Source of the DNA: Bacteroidales bacterium | Lineage (GTDB): Bacteria; Bacteroidota; Bacteroidia; Bacteroidales; UBA932 | NCBI GenBank assembly: GCA_004556005.1 | Contig: SFJA01000001.1 | Span: 15,279 to 79,278, forward strand | DNA length: 64,000 nucleotides | Reading direction: 5' to 3' | Part shown: positions 58,165-64,000 of the stretch, one piece after another | Layout: each line of letters begins with the position of its first letter | How positions within the stretch are numbered: the first letter of the stretch is position 1 | Program-made: the position numbers and the translations under genes | The notes under the pieces: model-generated | Database searches by the model: none | The model's input: only the letters and a program-made list of their open reading frames with translations | What the model was told of the DNA's origin: nothing

Positions 58165-59256
58165 ATGAAGAACAAACTATTTTGCTTGAGACAGTGGTCA
58201 CGGGTGATTGCTGTCCTGACAGTAATCGAGTCACTATGTTTCTTGCGTTTTTGGGGTAAACTTGCATTTTTCCCGGCTCTGTCGATGAGCCTTGCAGCGG
58301 GGTGTGCCTCACTGTTGGTGCTTCCTGTCACTTATGAAGGGGAAAGGCTTACGCTGGCATTCCAGATCATGCTTTGCGCTCTTGTTCCCTTAACAGTGCT
58401 GCCGGGCTTGTCTCACGCCGTTTCGGTACTGATATGTTCAGTGCCACCGCTTGCCCTGCTTGTTTACCGCTCAGTGACAAAATACCTTTCGGTCGATGCC
58501 CTGTTTTCTGACAATTCGGCACGAAGCGAGCTGGAAGACGTCTCCCGTCTTCTGTGGCTGGCACTTTTTCTGACAGCATTGCTCCTCCATTCCATTGCTG
58601 ATGGCAAAGCGCTTCTCGAAGGGCTGTCCACGGCGGTGTTTGCGGCACTTTTTCCGGCATTATATTACAGGGCATATACGGGACGCAGCCTGACTGTCCC
58701 GGCCTCTGTTGAAGAAAAAATCTATAGCAGGCAAGCTCAACTTCGTCGTATGAACTGTCCTGGAGAGGACGATGCGGCCAGAATGGAAAGGATTTACAGT
58801 CTTGCCGTATCCTATATGGAAAACCAAAAGCCTTTCCTTTCAAGACAGTTCAGGATGGATGACCTTGCAATGGAGCTTGGAACCAACAGGACTTATCTCT
58901 CACATACCATCAACCGCATGTCGGGAAAGGGTTTTCCGCAGTTTGTCAATGGCTACAGGGTTAAATATGCACTGGAATTGATTGAATCGGATCCGGGAAT
59001 CAAGGTCAAGGACCTGGCAATAATGTGCGGATATAACAATGCCGTGACCTTTTCACTTGCCTTTGAGACCATAACGGGTGAGCCCCCGGGAAAATATTGT
59101 CAGAAAATCAGTGCTGAGGCCGCGCTGCGTGACTCTTCTGCCAGAATCAGGAAAACAGCAGTGAAGAAGCACAGAACTGTCAGTGCAGAAACTGCTCCGG
59201 AAGCCCCTTCCAGTTCCGGGGAACGGGAGCAAGGATGTCAAGTTCTGTCTTCTTGA
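58165..59256 (+). CDS. Membrane-anchored AraC-family regulator
   Basis: Hydrophobic N-terminal half; LAMELGTNRTYLS..IN, FVNGYRV, CGYNN..TF..AF. Confidence 0.82.
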   Translation: MKNKLFCLRQWSRVIAVLTVIESLCFLRFWGKLAFFPALSMSLAAGCASLLVLPVTYEGERLTLAFQIMLCALVPLTVLPGLSHAVSVLICSVPPLALLVYRSVTKYLSVDALFSDNSARSELEDVSRLLWLALFLTALLLHSIADGKALLEGLSTAVFAALFPALYYRAYTGRSLTVPASVEEKIYSRQAQLRRMNCPGEDDAARMERIYSLAVSYMENQKPFLSRQFRMDDLAMELGTNRTYLSHTINRMSGKGFPQFVNGYRVKYALELIESDPGIKVKDLAIMCGYNNAVTFSLAFETITGEPPGKYCQKISAEAALRDSSARIRKTAVKKHRTVSAETAPEAPSSSGEREQGCQVLSS

Positions 59257-59899
59257 CAGGATGAACGAAGCGTATGTGTCTGGCGTGCAAGCAAATGCCT
59301 GCATCGGGATTTGACCGGGGAGCGCCATATTTGAGATCCCCCTTGATAGGACATCCCATATGGCTGAGCTGACACCTTATCTGATGGTGTCTTCCGGTAA
59401 GCAAATCCACCTCCAGAAGGTGATATCTTTCGGTGCTGCAAAGATATCTGTATCTGAGTTTTGCCAGTTTGGCATCAGCGTTTCCGCTTGTCGTGACATA
59501 GGATTTGTTCTGTTTCTCGTTGCGTACAAGCATATCTTCCAGCAATCCGCTCTCTTGAGCCGGCTTGTTGCAGCACAAAGCCCAGTAAGTCTTGTGTACT
59601 TCTCCGTTCCTGAACATCGCGCCCAACCTCTCAAGCGCCTTGCTTGTTTTAGCCAGTATGCATATTCCGCTTACCGGTCTGTCCAGGCGATGGGGAATGC
59701 CGAGGTACACCTTTCCCGGCTTGTTGTCACGTTCGGCGATGAATGCCTTGTAGTTGTCTGCCAGGCATTCGTCGCCCGTCTTGTCTCCTTGGGTTATCTC
59801 GCCAACCTTCTTGCAAACAATAAGAAGGTGATTGTCTTCGAACAATATCCGGCTCTCCAGGTCGGAGTATTCTTCGTGGCTCAGTTGTCTGTATTCCAT
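59180..59899 (-). CDS. RluA-family pseudouridine synthase
   Basis: HRLDRPVSG, KTYWA, TGRHHQIR, GDLKYG, LHA. Confidence 0.92.
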   Translation of the reverse strand: MEYRQLSHEEYSDLESRILFEDNHLLIVCKKVGEITQGDKTGDECLADNYKAFIAERDNKPGKVYLGIPHRLDRPVSGICILAKTSKALERLGAMFRNGEVHKTYWALCCNKPAQESGLLEDMLVRNEKQNKSYVTTSGNADAKLAKLRYRYLCSTERYHLLEVDLLTGRHHQIRCQLSHMGCPIKGDLKYGAPRSNPDAGICLHARHIRFVHPVKKTELDILAPVPRNWKGLPEQFLH

Positions 59900-59952
59900 A
59901 ATGCAAAGATAATGAAGTAAGATGAATAAACTGTCTCTTTTTGATATAATGA

Positions 59953-59993
59953 CTGACATTTTGTCAGAAAAATGATTGTGGCAAATGTTTTGA
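59953..59993 (+). promoter_or_regulatory. Palindrome CTGACA-N3-TGTCAG plus sigma54-like TGGCA..TTGA box upstream of dnaK
   Basis: Perfect 6-3-6 inverted repeat at 59953-59967; GG(59980-81)-N10-GA(59992-93). Confidence 0.55.
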
Positions 59994-60058
59994 TATTTTG
60001 ATATGCGTCGTCCGATGACGGAACGACCGGTTTAGAAATCAAAAAAAGGAATTATATT

Positions 60059-61945
60059 ATGGGAAAGATTATTGGAATTGACCTCGGAACCACAAACTCC
60101 TGTGTGTCCGTAATGGAAGGCAATCAGCCTACGGTTATCATCAACGATGAAGGTGCACGCACCACTCCTTCAATCGTAGCGTTCACCGCTAACGGAGAGC
60201 GCAAGGTTGGTGCTCCTGCAAAGCGTCAGGCCATCACCAACCCTCACAACACGGTGTTCTCAATCAAGCGTTTCATGGGCGAGACCTACGATCAGGTAGG
60301 CAAGGAGATTGCCCGTGTGCCTTACAAGGTAGTACGTGGAGACAACAATACTCCTCGCGTTGACATTGACGGCAAGCTCTATTCTCCTCAGGAGATTTCT
60401 GCCATCATACTCCAGAAGATGAAAAAGACCGCGGAAGATTATCTGCGTCAGCCTGTTACGGAGGCAGTCATTACTGTCCCTGCATACTTCTCTGACTCTC
60501 AGCGTCAGGCTACCAAGGAAGCAGGAAAGATTGCCGGACTCGATGTGAAACGTATTATCAACGAGCCAACTGCAGCCGCCCTTGCATACGGACTTGACAA
60601 GAAGAACAAGAATATGAAGGTTGCCGTTTACGACCTCGGTGGCGGTACTTTCGATATCTCCATACTTGAGCTCGGCGACGGTGTATTTGAGGTGCTCTCC
60701 ACTAACGGTGACACCCACCTCGGAGGTGATGACTTCGACCAGGTGATTATCGACTGGCTCGCATCAGAATTTGCCCGCGATAACGGCGGTCTCGACCTTA
60801 AGAAGGACCCGATGGCCCTCCAGAGACTAAAGGAAGCTGCCGAGAAGGCGAAAATTGAGCTTTCAAATGCAGCATCCGCAGAAATCAACCTGCCATATAT
60901 CACCGCCGTTGATGGAATGCCTAAGCATCTCGTGATGAGCCTGAGCCGCGCCAAGTTCGAAATGCTCTGCGACAATCTCTTCCAGCGCAGTATCGAGCCT
61001 TGCCGCAAGGCACTTGAGGATGCTCACCTGAGCGCTTCCCAGATCGACGAGGTACTTCTCGTCGGCGGTAGCACCCGAATCCCTAAAGTTCAGGAACTCG
61101 TGAAGAATTTCTTCGGAAAGGAGCCTAACAAGAGCGTTAATCCTGATGAGGTGGTTTCAATCGGTGCCGCTATTCAGGGCGGTGTGCTTGCCGGTGATGT
61201 CAAAGACGTGCTTCTGCTTGACGTGACACCGCTCAGCCTCGGTATCGAGACCCTCGGCGGAGTGATGACCAAACTCATCGAGTCCAACACCACCATTCCT
61301 GTACACAAGGATCAGGTATTCTCAACGGCAGCGGACAACCAGCCTTCAGTTGAGATCCGCGTACTTCAGGGTGAGCGCCCTATGGCAAAGGACAACAAGC
61401 AGATAGGTATCTTCCACCTTGACGGTATTGCACCTGCACCTCGCGGAATCCCTCAGATTGAGGTAAGTTTCGACATCGATGCCAACGGTATCCTCAGCGT
61501 CAGTGCAAAGGATAAGAGCACCGGCAAGGAACAGCATATCAGAATCGAGGCTTCAAGCGGCCTCAGTGATGAGGAAATCCAGAGGATGAAGGATGAGGCA
61601 AAGGCTCACGAGGAGTCCGACAGGGCTGAGAAGGAAAGGGTTGACAAGATCAACAACGCCGATGCTATGGTATTCCAGACCGAAAAGAACCTTAAGGACT
61701 ATGGCGACAAACTCCCTGCTGACAAGAAGTCTGCAATCGAGAATGCCTGCAACTCCCTCAAGGAGGCTGTCAAGAACCAGAATATGAGTGATATCGAGAA
61801 GTACAACTCTGAACTCGAGGCAGCTTGGCACGCAGCTTCAGAAGATATGGCACGCGCTGCACAGGGCGGTCCTCAGGGTCCTCAGAGCGGTCCTCAGCCT
61901 GGTCCGAATCCGCAGGACGGCAACGACCAGCCGGATGAGCAGTAG
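60059..61945 (+). CDS. dnaK: Chaperone DnaK
   Basis: [38 protein letters not shown]. Confidence 0.98.
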   Translation: MGKIIGIDLGTTNSCVSVMEGNQPTVIINDEGARTTPSIVAFTANGERKVGAPAKRQAITNPHNTVFSIKRFMGETYDQVGKEIARVPYKVVRGDNNTPRVDIDGKLYSPQEISAIILQKMKKTAEDYLRQPVTEAVITVPAYFSDSQRQATKEAGKIAGLDVKRIINEPTAAALAYGLDKKNKNMKVAVYDLGGGTFDISILELGDGVFEVLSTNGDTHLGGDDFDQVIIDWLASEFARDNGGLDLKKDPMALQRLKEAAEKAKIELSNAASAEINLPYITAVDGMPKHLVMSLSRAKFEMLCDNLFQRSIEPCRKALEDAHLSASQIDEVLLVGGSTRIPKVQELVKNFFGKEPNKSVNPDEVVSIGAAIQGGVLAGDVKDVLLLDVTPLSLGIETLGGVMTKLIESNTTIPVHKDQVFSTAADNQPSVEIRVLQGERPMAKDNKQIGIFHLDGIAPAPRGIPQIEVSFDIDANGILSVSAKDKSTGKEQHIRIEASSGLSDEEIQRMKDEAKAHEESDRAEKERVDKINNADAMVFQTEKNLKDYGDKLPADKKSAIENACNSLKEAVKNQNMSDIEKYNSELEAAWHAASEDMARAAQGGPQGPQSGPQPGPNPQDGNDQPDEQ

Positions 61946-61971
61946 GAATCCTGCGACGGACATATAATAAT

Positions 61972-62008
61972 GAGGGTGACTTTCACTGCAAAGTCACCCT
62001 CTTTTTTT
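61972..62008 (+). terminator. Intrinsic terminator after dnaK
   Basis: GAGGGTGACTTT-N6-AAAGTCACCCTC followed by T7. Confidence 0.88.
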
Positions 62009-62015
62009 ATTGGGC

Positions 62016-63464
62016 TTAGACCGACTTGGACACTTGCGGCTTTTTCCTGGATCCTATTGCGGCAACGAGTATCGACATCAGCGGCGAGACTATGTTGAAG
62101 ATGCAGTACGGAAAGTACACGACAGTCGCGACCCCTAGCACCGTCGCCTGGGTCATTCCACACGAATTCCACGGTATGAGCACTGAGCAGACGGTTGCGG
62201 AGTCCTCGACGCTGCGGCTCAGCAGCCGGCTTTCGAGAGAATTCTTCCTGTAAAGGTCCTTGAAAAGGCTGGCGGAGAGGATGATGGACAGGTACTGGTC
62301 GGCCGTGATGACATTGGAGACTATGCCGGTTGTGACCGTGGCGGCGACCGAAGGAACCCGGCGTCTGATGTGGCGGGTGAGCGCTTCCGTGATGCCCTGG
62401 AACATCCCGCTGCCCGTCATTGCCGCACCGAAGGTGACTGCGCAGATGATGAGGAACACGGTGTTGAGCATTCCTCCCATTCCGCGGGTGGCCGTAAGCG
62501 TGTTGACGAGTTCTGATCCGGTATCGACGCTTGTGCCCGCAAACCAGCTCATCATCATTCCCTTGATGCAGGCTCCTGTGCTGATGACATCGGAACCTCC
62601 TATCGATGCAACTATGCCGGGCTGGAAAAGAAGGGCAGCGAGACCGGCAACAAAGGCGGACACCATCAGCGTGAGTATAGCGGGTACCTTCTTGATTATC
62701 AGGAAGAAAGTAAATATTGGAACAATGAGAAGCAGGGGACTGATGCGGAAAGTCGAACGCAAGGCGTCGGAATACTCGGCGGTCGATGGAACGGCGTCGG
62801 GATTGTGCATCAGACTGGCAACGAGGAACACGACCAGGGCTACGCTTATCGACGGCACGGTCGTGAACATCATATATCTTATGTGGGTAAAGAGGTCCGT
62901 CCCGGATGATGAGGATGCAAGCACCGTGGTGTCTGACAGGGGAGAGACCTTGTCGCCGAAATATGCGCCTGAGATTATTGCTCCGGCCGTCCATCCGGGG
63001 GAGAAACCGAGCGCCGTTCCTATTGCCATAAGCGCAACTCCAACCGTCGCTATGGTTGTCCAGGAACTTCCTGTCATAAGGGCGACGGCGGCAGCTATGG
63101 CGCAGCTTGCAAAGAGAAATATCCGAGGCGAGATGATCTGCAGGCCGTAGCACACAAGGGTGGGAACTATGCCGCTTATCATCCAGGACCCCGCAACCGC
63201 ACCTATCAGCAGGAGTATCAGTATGGAAGTCGCTACCGAACTGAAACAGTCGTCAATTGATTTTTCAAAGCTCTTCCAGGATTGTCCGTAGCCGAATATG
63301 CCAATCGCAATGGCGAGCCCTGCGGATAGCAGAAGAGCGACCTGACTGCCGCCTTCAAGAGAGTCGCTTCCGAAGAAATGGATGACAACGACAAGAAGCG
63401 CGGCAAGAAAAACTAGCGGTAAGCAGGATACCGCCCAATGGGGATGTTCAATATGGTTTTTCAT
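62016..63464 (-). CDS. NhaC-family antiporter
   Basis: TGSSWTT, SGAYFGDKVSPLSDTT, LSRSVED, LIPWNSCG. Confidence 0.9.
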   Translation of the reverse strand: MKNHIEHPHWAVSCLPLVFLAALLVVVIHFFGSDSLEGGSQVALLLSAGLAIAIGIFGYGQSWKSFEKSIDDCFSSVATSILILLLIGAVAGSWMISGIVPTLVCYGLQIISPRIFLFASCAIAAAVALMTGSSWTTIATVGVALMAIGTALGFSPGWTAGAIISGAYFGDKVSPLSDTTVLASSSSGTDLFTHIRYMMFTTVPSISVALVVFLVASLMHNPDAVPSTAEYSDALRSTFRISPLLLIVPIFTFFLIIKKVPAILTLMVSAFVAGLAALLFQPGIVASIGGSDVISTGACIKGMMMSWFAGTSVDTGSELVNTLTATRGMGGMLNTVFLIICAVTFGAAMTGSGMFQGITEALTRHIRRRVPSVAATVTTGIVSNVITADQYLSIILSASLFKDLYRKNSLESRLLSRSVEDSATVCSVLIPWNSCGMTQATVLGVATVVYFPYCIFNIVSPLMSILVAAIGSRKKPQVSKSV

Positions 63465-63526
63465 CGGGTACAAACTTACGAAAAATAACTTATATTTGTA
63501 GTTCTGTTCATTAAAAGCACAGTACA

Positions 63527-64000
63527 ATGAGACATTTTACACTTCCAAAAGACGGAGGTTTGAAAGAGAACCTGATCCCAAAGGGTATATTGCACCGCTT
63601 TGAGAAGATTGAGGTTGAAATACGTGAACAGCAGGAAGATGCGAGTGCTGAGGTTGCCGACCTCATATGCCGTGAGATAGAAAGCTTCAGGCAAAGAGGC
63701 CAAGGCCGCTGCTTCCGACTCGGCTTGTCCACCGGCAAGAGCCCGCTCACGCTTTACCGCATTCTCGCCCGCCGCTACGAGGAAGGAAAACTCTCATTCA
63801 AGGACGTGGAAGTCTTTTCAATTGACGAATACTACCCTATAGGGAATAATTCTCCCCAGAGCCGAAACCGCAGGCTCCTTGCCGAGCTGCTGGACAAGGT
63901 CGATATCGCAAGGGAGAATGTGCACATTCCCAACGGCACTCAATCGGTGACGGATATCAGCTCCTACTGTTCGGAACTGGAAGCGGGCGCGCGCAACCTG
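63527..64000 (+). CDS. nagB: Glucosamine-6-phosphate deaminase-like protein, 5' part; runs off the window
   Basis: Manual translation: ...RFEKI...LGLSTGKSPLTLY...FSIDEYYP...ENVHIPNG. Confidence 0.82.
   Translation, partial: MRHFTLPKDGGLKENLIPKGILHRFEKIEVEIREQQEDASAEVADLICREIESFRQRGQGRCFRLGLSTGKSPLTLYRILARRYEEGKLSFKDVEVFSIDEYYPIGNNSPQSRNRRLLAELLDKVDIARENVHIPNGTQSVTDISSYCSELEAGARNL

Noticed and set aside
61860..61915. GGTCCTCAG repeats at the dnaK 3' end, and the 12-bp FtsK linker repeat
   Set aside because: Ordinary in-frame low-complexity tails and linkers

Overview
Gene-dense, mostly core-genome stretch of a Bacteroidales-type chromosome. The taxon is inferred from repeated TAnnTTTG -7 promoter boxes, A-rich start contexts without an obvious SD, and lineage-typical genes (DUF4290-, DUF3822-, DUF4293- and FISUMP-like). 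It holds about 55 CDS and one tRNA-Gln(TTG): pepD (partial), tadA, polA, an ECF sigma factor, glpA-miniGlpB-glpC-HAD-rsmG, rpmH, oadG/A/B, alr, pepC, a GlpT/UhpC-type MFS, AddA/AddB-like genes, ftsK, apbE, comEC, ackA, pta, mazG, prfA, gyrA, leuS, dnaK, an NhaC-family gene and nagB (partial). I saw no transposase, integrase, prophage, rRNA or CRISPR array. The best candidate for an uncharacterised system is a tightly coupled four-gene cassette at 28289-31565: HprK-like kinase, soluble S24/S26 peptidase, stand-alone PqqD/RRE and ABC exporter. It looks like RiPP maturation/export machinery but has no precursor or cyclase nearby. Other oddities are a 169-aa GlpB, an apparently inactive M28 peptidase fused to TonB-C, a stand-alone Clp N-domain protein beside gyrA, a PMM-like HAD lipoprotein, a sigma54-like box plus palindrome upstream of dnaK, a ~95-nt rod-like hairpin after prfA, probable leaderless genes and helically phased divergent promoters. 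All calls come from reading motifs by eye; no database searches were run.
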